NCBI GenBank assembly: GCA_964430105.1
Contig: CAYSEF010000001.1
Coordinates: 16,170-80,169, forward strand
Direction of reading: 5' to 3'
Origin: an uncultured Ruminococcus sp.
Lineage (GTDB): Bacteria > Bacillota > Clostridia > Oscillospirales > CAG-272
Length of the DNA stretch: 64,000 bases
Shown: positions 9,603 through 18,912 of the stretch, piece by piece
How the letters are laid out: every line of letters begins with the position of its first letter
Position numbering within the stretch: the first letter of the stretch is position 1
The notes under the pieces: generated by a model
The model's database searches: none
The model's input: the letters and a program-made list of their open reading frames with translations, nothing else
Told to the model about the DNA's origin: nothing
Made by a program: the position numbers and the translations under genes

Positions 9603-12122
9603 ATGAAAAAGACTGTAGCAATGTTGCTTGCTCTTCTGATGTGCGGAAGCGTTCTCGCCGGCTGTAATCAGAATAACAGCGACGAAACTACCGGAACCGG
9701 AACAAACGGTGGCACAGTTGATGGTTCTACTGATGTAGAAGGCGGAGAAGCGGCAGCTCCTGCAACCTATACCATGAACAGCGCTACAACTGCTCTCGGT
9801 ACCAACTGGAACCCCCATACTTGGGAAACAAATGCCGATGACTCTATCCTTGGCTACCTTTCTTCTCCCTTCTGCACCATGTCCATTCTGGACTCTGAAA
9901 ACGGTGTTTACCAGTGGGTTTATGAAATGGCTACTTCTATCACAGACGTAACTAAGGATCATCAGGATGACCTCACCAAGTACGGTGTAACTCTTCAGTC
10001 CGATAAGACTGCTGAAACTACCGAAGCAGGTTATGTATTTGAAATCGCACTCAATCCCAATGCTAAGTGGCAGGATGGCACCGTAATCAATGCGGATAGC
10101 TATATCTACTCCATGCAGCAGCTCCTTAACCCTGATATGAAGAACTACCGTGCAAACCTTTATATTGCAGGTGAATCTGCTCTTGCCGGTGCAGAAGCTT
10201 ACTATTATGCAGGCTCTACCGCATGGCTTGACGCTCAGGGCGCTTATGCTGTTGCTGATCTCGTAAAGGCTGAAGACGGCACTTACACTGCTGCTGACGG
10301 CACTGTTGTTAAGATCGCTACAAAGTCTGCTCTTGCATGGCTCGGCGGAAATTCTCTTGACGCTTATGTAAACGCATACGGCGATGCATATTTCGGTGTT
10401 GATGCATATAATAGCCTTGTTGCTCTTGCTGATGCTAGTGGTTATGTTGCAGTTACAGATGAAACTCTCGGCTACCTCGTTGGTGTTATCACCGCTGTTC
10501 CGGCTTGGGGCGAAACTGAAGCTGAAGCTAATCAGTACTTCGTATATGGCAAGGAATATCCTGCAGCTACTTATGATACAGTAGGTTGCTATAAGGTTGA
10601 CGATTACACAATCCGTTATGTAACACAGACCTATATCGATATCAACTACTTCCTCACTTCCTGCACAGATACATGGCTCGTTTATGAATCTCTGTATGAA
10701 GCAGGTAAGGATACCACAGGCGCACTTCTTACCACAAACTATGGTACTTCCATTGAAACTTCCATGTCCTATGGTCCTTATAAGCTCGAATCTCTCCAGG
10801 CTGACCGTCAGGTTGTGTTCACTCAGAACGAAAACTGGTACGGTTGGGAAAAGCAGGCTGACGGTTCTCTCATCTCCTACACCAACTTCGAAGTTGATGG
10901 TCAGAAGGTACAGCAGTATCAGACCACTAAGATCGTTATCGACGTTATGGAAGAATCTGCTATGAAGCAGGCATTCCTTAAGGGTCAGCTTTCCGATTGG
11001 TCTCCTTCCGCTGAAGAACTTACCGCTTATGCAACCTCCGACCAGCTCTATAAGGTTGATGAAACCTATACAATGTCCTTCTTCTTCAACACCAATGTTG
11101 ATGCTCTTAAGGAAATGGACAACTCTAAGGGTAATACCAATTCTGTAGTTCTCTCTAACGATAACTTCCGTAAGGCATTCTCCCTTTCTATCGACCGTGC
11201 TGAATTCGTAACTGCTACTCCCGGTTATAAGCCCGCGTTCGCTCTTATGAACAACCTCTACTTCTATGATGTTTATAACGATCCGAACTCCTCTTACCGT
11301 GGTTCCGATGAAGCTAAGCAGGCTATCACAAACCTTTATAACGTTGAATACGGTGAAGGCACAGCTTATGCTACTCTCGATGCAGCACACGATTCCATCA
11401 CAGGTTACAACCTCACTGAAGCTAAAGAACTCATGAAGACAGCTTGCGACGAACTCGTAGCAGCAGGTCTTTACAACGCAGGTGAAGATATTGTTATCCG
11501 TATCGGTTGGGCAAAGGGCTCCATCCAGTCTTCCGATAACAACCAGCTCGCACTTATCAATAAGTTCATGAACGCTGCTGTAGAAGGCTCCGGATTCGGT
11601 AAGGTAACCTTCGAAGCTATCGGTAACATCGAAGACCGTTATGGCGATGTATCCGGTGGTGAATATGCTATCGGTTACGGTGCATGGGGTGGCGCTGCGT
11701 TCTATCCTTTCAGAAACCTTCAGGTTTATTGCGATACCGACCAGTATGATATCAACGAAGCAGCTTGTTGGGATCCCGCTACAGAAACTCTTACCCTTAC
11801 TGTTAACGGCGAAGATGTAACCATGTCCTGGAAGGATTGGTCTAACGCCCTCATCGGTACCGGTAAGTTCTCTGAAGCTGACAACAAGACTAAGCTCGCT
11901 ATTACCGCACAGCTCGAAGAACTCTACCTCAAGAAGTATTACAGAATTCCTCTTTGTGGCACCACTTCCTGCTTCCTTATGTCTTATAAGAACAGCTACT
12001 ATACTGAAGAATACAACATCATGTATGATTTCGGTGGTCTGCGTCTCATGAAGTATAACTACAATGATGCTGAATGGGCAGAATTTGTAGCTGAACAGAA
12101 CGGTACCCTCAGCTACGAATAA
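9603..12122 (+). CDS. ABC transporter substrate-binding lipoprotein, family 5 (Opp/Dpp-type), unusually long (839 aa)
   Basis: GGAGG lies 8 nt before ATG 9603. Signal peptide plus lipobox LLALLMCGSVLAGC, then a G/T/S linker. Family-5 SBP-like body. Codon usage looks like that of highly expressed genes. Confidence 0.85.
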   Translation: MKKTVAMLLALLMCGSVLAGCNQNNSDETTGTGTNGGTVDGSTDVEGGEAAAPATYTMNSATTALGTNWNPHTWETNADDSILGYLSSPFCTMSILDSENGVYQWVYEMATSITDVTKDHQDDLTKYGVTLQSDKTAETTEAGYVFEIALNPNAKWQDGTVINADSYIYSMQQLLNPDMKNYRANLYIAGESALAGAEAYYYAGSTAWLDAQGAYAVADLVKAEDGTYTAADGTVVKIATKSALAWLGGNSLDAYVNAYGDAYFGVDAYNSLVALADASGYVAVTDETLGYLVGVITAVPAWGETEAEANQYFVYGKEYPAATYDTVGCYKVDDYTIRYVTQTYIDINYFLTSCTDTWLVYESLYEAGKDTTGALLTTNYGTSIETSMSYGPYKLESLQADRQVVFTQNENWYGWEKQADGSLISYTNFEVDGQKVQQYQTTKIVIDVMEESAMKQAFLKGQLSDWSPSAEELTAYATSDQLYKVDETYTMSFFFNTNVDALKEMDNSKGNTNSVVLSNDNFRKAFSLSIDRAEFVTATPGYKPAFALMNNLYFYDVYNDPNSSYRGSDEAKQAITNLYNVEYGEGTAYATLDAAHDSITGYNLTEAKELMKTACDELVAAGLYNAGEDIVIRIGWAKGSIQSSDNNQLALINKFMNAAVEGSGFGKVTFEAIGNIEDRYGDVSGGEYAIGYGAWGGAAFYPFRNLQVYCDTDQYDINEAACWDPATETLTLTVNGEDVTMSWKDWSNALIGTGKFSEADNKTKLAITAQLEELYLKKYYRIPLCGTTSCFLMSYKNSYYTEEYNIMYDFGGLRLMKYNYNDAEWAEFVAEQNGTLSYE

Positions 12123-12158
12123 TACTTGAGTTAAACTAAACTATTGCGATGTTCACTT

Positions 12159-12185
12159 GGCAGGTGGAGGTAATCTCTTCCTGCC
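12159..12185 (+). promoter_or_regulatory. intercistronic stem-loop after the SBP gene
   Basis: GGCAGG (12159-12164) / CCTGCC (12180-12185) with an inner GGAGG/TCTCT extension and no clean T-run. Its position is typical of SBP transcript-stabilising or attenuating hairpins. Confidence 0.5.
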
Positions 12186-12287
12186 TTGTGATATATTTAA
12201 GCTGTTTACCGCGTCTGCATCAAAAATTCGCATTTTAACGGATTTTTGATGAGGACTTCGGATAAGATGTCTATAAGGAGACAAGTT

Positions 12288-13250
12288 ATGACCAAATATG
12301 TTATAAAAAGAGTGCTGCTGATGATGCTGACGCTTTTCGTGATCATAACGATCTGCTTCATGCTCATCCGTATGCTTCCGAGAGAATTACCGCAGGATAA
12401 AAATCTGCAGGCTGTTATTAGTGCAAGATGGGAAGCACTTGGATATAACGAGCCATTGCTAATACAATTTGGGATATATCTGAAAAATATCTTTACTGAA
12501 TGGGATTTCGGTACCTCATGGTATATCGCTTTCCGTCAGCCGGCTTGGAATGTTCTTTTGGATAGACTTCTCCCAACGGTTCTCGTTAACCTCTATTCAT
12601 TTATTTTATCTATTCCTTTCGGTATTCTGCTTGGTATTTTCTCTGCTATTAAGAAAAATAAGTGGCAGGACCAGCTGATAAGTACGCTTGTAATGGTTGG
12701 TATTTCTGTACCATCCTACGTTTACGGCTTCCTTGTACAGTATTGCCTGTACTTTAAGCTCGATTTGTTCCCGCTTACCGTTTCATCTCTTGCAGATGCA
12801 GGTGGTTCGTGGACTTCATGGGCAATGTTCTACAGTATGATTCCTGCTGTTATTGCGCTTTCGTTCAGCCAGATCGCAGGTCTCTGTCGTTTCACCCGTG
12901 CCGAGCTTACCGAAACTCTCACCTCTGACTATATGTTGCTTGCAAGAACAAAGGGTCTTACCCGTTCACAGGCGACAGTTCGTCATGCCCTTAAAAACGC
13001 TATGGTTCCGATCCTTCCGATGATCATTTCTACCTTTATTTCTATACTTTCCGGTTCTATGGTCATTGAAAGAATTTTCGCAGTACCCGGCGTTGGACAG
13101 CTGTATATTAAATCTATCCAGCTTCTTGACTATGATGTATTTATGCTCGATACGATTTTCTATACCTTTGTCGGACTTCTCGCAGGTATCGTTGTTGACA
13201 TCAGCTACGGATTTATCGATCCGAGAATCAGAATGGGGCAGAAGAAATGA
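12288..13250 (+). CDS. ABC transporter permease (OppB/DppB-like)
   Basis: Start at ATG 12288 behind AAGGAG. Six TM helices. BPD-transport EAA-like loop LARTKGLTRSQATVRHALKNAMVPIL. Confidence 0.88.
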   Translation: MTKYVIKRVLLMMLTLFVIITICFMLIRMLPRELPQDKNLQAVISARWEALGYNEPLLIQFGIYLKNIFTEWDFGTSWYIAFRQPAWNVLLDRLLPTVLVNLYSFILSIPFGILLGIFSAIKKNKWQDQLISTLVMVGISVPSYVYGFLVQYCLYFKLDLFPLTVSSLADAGGSWTSWAMFYSMIPAVIALSFSQIAGLCRFTRAELTETLTSDYMLLARTKGLTRSQATVRHALKNAMVPILPMIISTFISILSGSMVIERIFAVPGVGQLYIKSIQLLDYDVFMLDTIFYTFVGLLAGIVVDISYGFIDPRIRMGQKK

Positions 13251-14830
13251 TGAACAAAAAAATAAATATTGATAATATTTCGGCTGACAAGTTTGAATTT
13301 GTCAACCACGGCGAACGTATCTCCGATAAGAAGTTTGACGATAAACCAATCGGATATTTTAAGGATGCTTGGATACGTTTCCGTAAGAATAAAGGCTCTA
13401 TCGTAGCTGCTATTATCATCCTTGTTATCGTGCTGTATGCATTTGCCGCACCTTTGCTCATCAGTAATTATGATAGCACATTTATGGATGTATTCTATGC
13501 GAAAAAACCACCGCGTAATATCCTTCTGTCACACATTGGTATTGCCGATGGTTCAACATCTCGTGACTTCGCTGATAAAGGTCTTATCAAAGCTGTATCT
13601 ATTGGTATGGCTGCTGAAGATCGCGACGGAACAGGCAAAGTGACTCTCGAAGAAGGTATGGAAAGCTATTACCAGCCTATCGTTGAGATCGGAAATAGCT
13701 ATGAAATCACTGAAATTCGCGGTGCAAAGCCTAAAACAATGTATGAAGCACGCATCGATAACTATCTCGAAGTCGGTTTCCTTTACAGAAGCATTGAACA
13801 GTCTGAATATCAGAAGATCGTTGATTGGCAGAACGAAACCGGTAAGCAGGTTCTGTATCCGCTGATCGCTAATAACGAGTATAACACCGATGCAAACGAT
13901 GCTAATAACTGGTATAAGACTAAGAAGGGTGCTCCTATCTATATCAATGAAAATGGTAAAGAAAAGGAAATCTCCTTTGGTGAAGGCATGGTTCTTGAGG
14001 ATAACTATAAGCGTGATGCTGATGGAAATCCGATTTATTATGAGTATACCGGCGGTGGTACTGTCGATACTGCTCAGTATAAAGTTCGTGTACTTTATTA
14101 TAATTTCTACACCTACCGTAATGGATTTGAGCCTGAATATATCTTCGGAACAGATAGCCAGGGTTACGACCTTGCGCTCCGTCTTGCAGGTGGTATAAGA
14201 CTCTCACTTCTTGTTGCTGTTTGTGTATCCGCTATCAACCTTACACTTGGCGCATTCTATGGTGCAGTTGAAGGCTATTACGGCGGTACTCTTGATATCG
14301 TTATGGAAAGAATTGCCGATATTCTGAGTGGCGTTCCGTTTATGGTTGTTGCTACATTGTTCCAGATGCACCTTGCCGCAAAGGTTGGCGTAGTACCCAG
14401 TCTATTGTTTGCGTTCGTGCTTACAGGATGGATTGGTATGGCAAGCCGTACAAGAACACAGTTCTATCGTTTCAAAAGTCAGGAGTACGTTATCGCTGCG
14501 AGAACTCTCGGTGCAAGCGATATGCGTATAATTTGGAAACACATCTTCCCGAACTCTCTTGGTACTATCATTACAGGCACAGTGCTTGTTATCCCCGGCG
14601 TTATTAACAGTGAAAGTATGCTTTCATACCTTGGTATCGTAAAGCTTGGTGGAACTGAGACAACTTCTCTCGGTACACTTCTTTCTGACGCAAATAGCCT
14701 TTGGACGACATATCCTCACCTTATGATTTTCCCGGCGTTGATTCTGTCACTCCTTATGATTTGCTTCAACCTGTTCGGTAACGGTCTTCGTGACGCATTC
14801 AACCCGTCGCTTCGTGGTGTGGAGGATTAA
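13247..14830 (+). CDS. ABC transporter permease (OppC/DppC-like) with ~240-aa extracytoplasmic loop after TM1
   Basis: ATGA overlap with the upstream permease. TM1 at aa ~51-72. Canonical permease core from aa ~315 with EAA loop AARTLGASDMRIIWKHIFPNSL. Confidence 0.88.
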   Translation: MMNKKINIDNISADKFEFVNHGERISDKKFDDKPIGYFKDAWIRFRKNKGSIVAAIIILVIVLYAFAAPLLISNYDSTFMDVFYAKKPPRNILLSHIGIADGSTSRDFADKGLIKAVSIGMAAEDRDGTGKVTLEEGMESYYQPIVEIGNSYEITEIRGAKPKTMYEARIDNYLEVGFLYRSIEQSEYQKIVDWQNETGKQVLYPLIANNEYNTDANDANNWYKTKKGAPIYINENGKEKEISFGEGMVLEDNYKRDADGNPIYYEYTGGGTVDTAQYKVRVLYYNFYTYRNGFEPEYIFGTDSQGYDLALRLAGGIRLSLLVAVCVSAINLTLGAFYGAVEGYYGGTLDIVMERIADILSGVPFMVVATLFQMHLAAKVGVVPSLLFAFVLTGWIGMASRTRTQFYRFKSQEYVIAARTLGASDMRIIWKHIFPNSLGTIITGTVLVIPGVINSESMLSYLGIVKLGGTETTSLGTLLSDANSLWTTYPHLMIFPALILSLLMICFNLFGNGLRDAFNPSLRGVED

Positions 14831-14946
14831 GCGTGAAAGATAATATGCAATTTAGTGCAAAAGCATGGCTTCGTTCATGTGAAAAAATCTGCATCGTCTC
14901 CTGCGATATTAATACTTTTAAGATTTGATGATAGGAGGAAAATGAA

Positions 14947-17106
14947 GTGGATAACGTATTAGAAGTAAAAAACTTAAAAATATCCTTCCGAACCTCCGGT
15001 GGTACGCTTAAAGCAGTTCGTGATATTTCATTCAACCTTGAAAGAGGTAAAACTCTTGCTATAGTTGGTGAATCAGGTTCGGGTAAATCAGTAACATCTA
15101 AAGCTATTCTTGGAATTCTTGCCGGTAACTCCATAATTGAGGGTGGCGAGATACTTTATGATGGCAAGGATCTGCTCAAAATCAGCGAAGAGGAAATGTG
15201 CAAGATTCGCGGTGACAGAATTTCAATGATCTTCCAGGATCCGCTGTCTTCACTGAATCCTATTGTAAAGATAGGTAAGCAGATCACAGAAGCAATGCTT
15301 CTTAAGAATAAGGGAAATCGCAGTGCAGCAAGAAAGGATTTTAATAAAACTCTTGCTATACTCAAGGAAAACATTATTGCAGCCGGTGGAGATTCCGCAA
15401 AGGTTTCTGAGATGATCACAACCTTCGATAAGTTCAATATCGAAGCTATAGGTCTGGAAAATGACTACAATAATGCGTTCGCAGCAGCTGAAGGTCTTCT
15501 TTCCGATATGGATGAGTTTATCTTCCTTACCGGTAAAAAGCAGAATGTTGACGTAAAAGGCGAACTCGGTGAATTTATTTCAACTCTGAAGGCAGTAAAA
15601 AATCCTTTCCTTACCAATTCTTATGACAGCGAGATCGATAAAATCGCAGACGAGCTGAAATCTGCAAGAGATAGCTATGTAAAATCTTCGGAAAATGCTG
15701 AGCTTCCTGCAAATATTAAAGCTGTTCTTGAAAAAGTCGAAAAGCTTCTGGCTGAGATAACATCGCAGACTCGTCCTAATTTCTTCAGAATCGGATACTA
15801 TAAGTTAAAGAATCCAAATGAAGATATTAGCTCTATGGAAATCGAAAAGCTTAACGAAATGACTCTTGCTTACCTCAACGATAACTTCATGAACGAGTTC
15901 CTCGGAATGGTTGAGAGCGGAATGAAGTATTCGTATGATAAGGCGCTTGAAAAAAAGAAGGCTGTTATTGCAGACCTCAAAGTAGCCAGAGATTTTTATA
16001 GAGAAGGCAATTACGATAAGGCTTCCGCACACGCAAAGTGCAGGGAAGTGGCTGCAAAGGTTGAAGATTCTATCGACCGACTTGAAATCGTGAAGGATAG
16101 TATGATGTATACCTTCCGAAGCAGTCTTGCCGGTTCAATCGATAAATACTTCACCGCTAAGGTTCGCAATCCTAAGGAAGAAGCACGATTTGATAAGCAG
16201 TCTAAAAAGCGTGATGCCCTTATCGCAAAAGGAAAGAATGTCGACTGGAAGGTTGTTCCAAAGCTTGTTTATGACCTTGATGAATTGAAGGAAGATGTAG
16301 TTACAGTTACCGATCGTATTATCGAGAGATATCAGAACTATATTTCTGCATCAGATTCAGTTGATTTCCATGCACGCAGCATCGAGCTTATCGACTACTT
16401 TAAGTCAAAAGCATCAGAGGTTGTGTATAAGGTCACAAAGAAAATGGCAAAGGAAAAGGCAATCAAGCTTATGGAGGAGGTAGGTATTCCCGAACCTCAC
16501 ATTCGTTATTACCAGTATCCTTTTGAATTCTCCGGCGGTATGAGACAGCGTATAGTTATCGCTATCGCACTTGCTGCTAACCCGGATATCCTTATTTGTG
16601 ACGAACCTACTACTGCGCTTGACGTAACAATTCAGGCACAGATACTTGAGTTGATAAATAAATTGAAGGAAGAAAGAAACCTTTCCGTAATCTTTATCAC
16701 TCATGACCTTGGTGTTGTTGCTAATATGGCAGACGAAATTGCAGTTATGTATGCAGGTAAGATCGTAGAATATGGTACAGCAGATGACATTTTCTATGAT
16801 CCTCGTCATCCGTATACATGGGCGTTGCTTTCCTCTATGCCTGACCTTGATACAAAGGAAAAGCTTGATGCAATCCCCGGTACACCACCGAATATGATAT
16901 ATCCTCCCGAAGGAGATGCATTTGCAGATCGTAATAAGTACGCAATGAAGATTGATTTCGAGGCACAGCCACCGCAATTTGAGGTTTCGGATACACACTG
17001 GGCTGCTACATGGTTGTTGCATCCTAATGCACCGAAGGTTGAACCGCCGAGAATCATCACCGACCGTATTGAGAGAATGAAAAAAGCAGGAGGAATTGAC
17101 GCATGA
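14947..17106 (+). CDS. Opp/Dpp-type ABC ATP-binding protein (OppD-like) with ~375-aa internal insertion
   Basis: GTG start 8 nt after AGGAGGA. Walker A GESGSGKS, Q-loop MIFQDP, then signature FSGGMRQR only at aa 528. Walker B ILICDEPTTALD, H-loop ITHDL. Opp C-terminal extension HPYTWALLSSMP. Confidence 0.85.
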   Translation: MDNVLEVKNLKISFRTSGGTLKAVRDISFNLERGKTLAIVGESGSGKSVTSKAILGILAGNSIIEGGEILYDGKDLLKISEEEMCKIRGDRISMIFQDPLSSLNPIVKIGKQITEAMLLKNKGNRSAARKDFNKTLAILKENIIAAGGDSAKVSEMITTFDKFNIEAIGLENDYNNAFAAAEGLLSDMDEFIFLTGKKQNVDVKGELGEFISTLKAVKNPFLTNSYDSEIDKIADELKSARDSYVKSSENAELPANIKAVLEKVEKLLAEITSQTRPNFFRIGYYKLKNPNEDISSMEIEKLNEMTLAYLNDNFMNEFLGMVESGMKYSYDKALEKKKAVIADLKVARDFYREGNYDKASAHAKCREVAAKVEDSIDRLEIVKDSMMYTFRSSLAGSIDKYFTAKVRNPKEEARFDKQSKKRDALIAKGKNVDWKVVPKLVYDLDELKEDVVTVTDRIIERYQNYISASDSVDFHARSIELIDYFKSKASEVVYKVTKKMAKEKAIKLMEEVGIPEPHIRYYQYPFEFSGGMRQRIVIAIALAANPDILICDEPTTALDVTIQAQILELINKLKEERNLSVIFITHDLGVVANMADEIAVMYAGKIVEYGTADDIFYDPRHPYTWALLSSMPDLDTKEKLDAIPGTPPNMIYPPEGDAFADRNKYAMKIDFEAQPPQFEVSDTHWAATWLLHPNAPKVEPPRIITDRIERMKKAGGIDA

Positions 17107-18323
17107 GTTTAAACGAAAATAGCGAAGTTTTGCTGCGAGTCGAAAACCTCTGCCAGTATTTCAAAATGGGCGACAAAGAGCTGAAAGCTGTCGATAATGT
17201 ATCGTTCGATGTTAAAAAAGGCGAAGTTTTCGGTCTTGTAGGCGAATCAGGCTGTGGTAAAACCACCACTGGTCGTTCAATCATCAAAATCTATGATATA
17301 ACATCAGGTAGCATTTACTTTAAAGGTCAGCGTATCTGTGCAGGTACAAGATCATATAAAGAGGCTATTAAATCTGCAAAGAAAGAGCTTGATGAACTAA
17401 ATAAAAACGGTGGCAGTGCCGAAAGAAAAGCTGAGCTTGAAAAAATTATCGCAGAAAATAAAGAAGCGATTAAATCAGCTAAGTTCGATCATCTTCATTC
17501 CGATAGAGAATACGCAAAATCTCTCGTAGCGAAGCTCGATGAAGAATATAAGCCTAAGCTTGAAAAAGCGGCAAATAATCCCACTGAGCTTGCAGAACTT
17601 AAAAAGAAGTACAACGATGAACTGAGAATAGCGAAAAAGACACGTCTTATCACAAAGATACAGATGATCTTCCAGGACCCGATTGCTTCTCTCAACCCTC
17701 GTATGACTGTTCGTGAAATCATTTCTGAAGGTCTTGTAATTAACGGTATTCGAGATCAGGAATATATTGACGAAAAAGTATATGAGATTCTTGAGCTTGT
17801 AGGCTTGGTGCGTGAACACGCAGGTCGTTATCCTCACGAATTCTCTGGTGGTCAGCGTCAGCGAATCGGTATAGCACGTTCTGTAATTATGCGTCCCGAT
17901 CTGCTCATCGCCGACGAACCTATATCTGCACTTGACGTTTCGATTCAGGCGCAGGTAATCAACCTTCTCAATGAGCTTCGTGAACGTCTCGGACTCACAA
18001 TACTCTTTATCGCTCATGACTTGTCAGTTGTAAAGTATTTCTCTGACAGAATCGGTGTTATGTATTTTGGTAAAATGGTAGAGCTTGCACCGTCAGATGA
18101 ACTGTTCGAGCATCCTCTGCACCCATATACACGCTCACTTCTTTCTGCAATTCCTTTGCCTGACCCAAGAGCTGAGAAAAAGCGTACAAGAATAACTTAT
18201 AATTCGCTTGCCGAACATGATTATAGTACCGATCTTCCTTCAATGCGTGAAATTACACCAGGTCACTTTGTCTACTGCAATGATGCGGAAGAAGCACGTT
18301 ATAAGAAGGAACTCGGACTGTGA
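17103..18323 (+). CDS. Opp/Dpp-type ABC ATP-binding protein (OppF-like) with ~95-aa internal insertion
   Basis: ATGA overlap with the upstream gene. Walker A GESGCGKTT, Q-loop QMIFQDP (delayed to aa ~187), signature FSGGQRQR, Walker B LLIADEPISALD, H-loop IAHDL, then HPYTRSLLSAIP. Confidence 0.88.
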   Translation: MSLNENSEVLLRVENLCQYFKMGDKELKAVDNVSFDVKKGEVFGLVGESGCGKTTTGRSIIKIYDITSGSIYFKGQRICAGTRSYKEAIKSAKKELDELNKNGGSAERKAELEKIIAENKEAIKSAKFDHLHSDREYAKSLVAKLDEEYKPKLEKAANNPTELAELKKKYNDELRIAKKTRLITKIQMIFQDPIASLNPRMTVREIISEGLVINGIRDQEYIDEKVYEILELVGLVREHAGRYPHEFSGGQRQRIGIARSVIMRPDLLIADEPISALDVSIQAQVINLLNELRERLGLTILFIAHDLSVVKYFSDRIGVMYFGKMVELAPSDELFEHPLHPYTRSLLSAIPLPDPRAEKKRTRITYNSLAEHDYSTDLPSMREITPGHFVYCNDAEEARYKKELGL

Positions 18324-18733
18324 AAAATCGAAGGACGAGCCTTATAAAATATGGAATAACTACCATAATAGGTGCAATCATGGTTTATGCAACCATAAGC
18401 TTGCACGGATATAGTCTTGCTGTGACTTTGGCTGATAAATACCGTATTTTGGCAGATGCATTCACAATTCCCGGCGTAGTGATAATGCTATGCGGAGTGC
18501 TTGTGGCAGTGTCAAATGAGGGAGCGTTCGAAGGCATATCGTATGCAATGAGCTATGCAATGAAAATGCTTATTCCCGGTATGGGAGCAAATAGGCATGA
18601 AAAATACGGTGATTATGTTGAACGAAAACGTGAAAAAGGTGGCGTAAAGGGCTACGGCTTCCTGTTCATCGTTGGAGGCGTTTTCATGATAATAGCACTT
18701 GTATTTATTGCACTGTTTTATTCCGTATATTAA
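18320..18733 (+). CDS. DUF3899-like small membrane protein
   Basis: 137 aa with three to four TM helices. GTG start overlaps the upstream stop; an alternative ATG lies at 18380. The start is uncertain. Confidence 0.55.
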   Translation: MKNRRTSLIKYGITTIIGAIMVYATISLHGYSLAVTLADKYRILADAFTIPGVVIMLCGVLVAVSNEGAFEGISYAMSYAMKMLIPGMGANRHEKYGDYVERKREKGGVKGYGFLFIVGGVFMIIALVFIALFYSVY

Positions 18734-18744
18734 ACTTAAGAAAA

Positions 18745-18778
18745 GCATTTGTGTGAGAAATCACGCAGGTGCTTTTTT
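18745..18778 (+). terminator. intrinsic terminator ending the Opp-type operon
   Basis: 12-bp stem GCATTTGTGTGA/TCACGCAGGTGC (includes G-U pairs), GAAA tetraloop, then TTTTTT. Confidence 0.8.
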
Positions 18779-18856
18779 CTTTTTCTGTTTTTAATAATTT
18801 CTCTGCTGTTTCCAGATGCCTTGTTATTATAAATTGTAAAAATCTGCTTAACAGTA

Positions 18857-18884
18857 TTGACTTTTACCGGTGATAGGATATAAT
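18857..18884 (+). promoter_or_regulatory. candidate sigma-A promoter of aroK
   Basis: TTGACT (18857-18862), 16-nt spacer, TATAAT (18879-18884). Confidence 0.5.
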
Positions 18885-18912
18885 AATAACATAACAATTT
18901 CGGGAGGAAAAA

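Noticed and set aside
9528-11390. 620-aa ORF on the minus strand, the longest unexplained ORF in the track
   Set aside because: It lies entirely antisense to the SBP gene. Its translation is Cys/Ile/Val/Ser-rich with no motifs, SD or sensible start context. Its length is explained by the strong codon bias of the sense gene.
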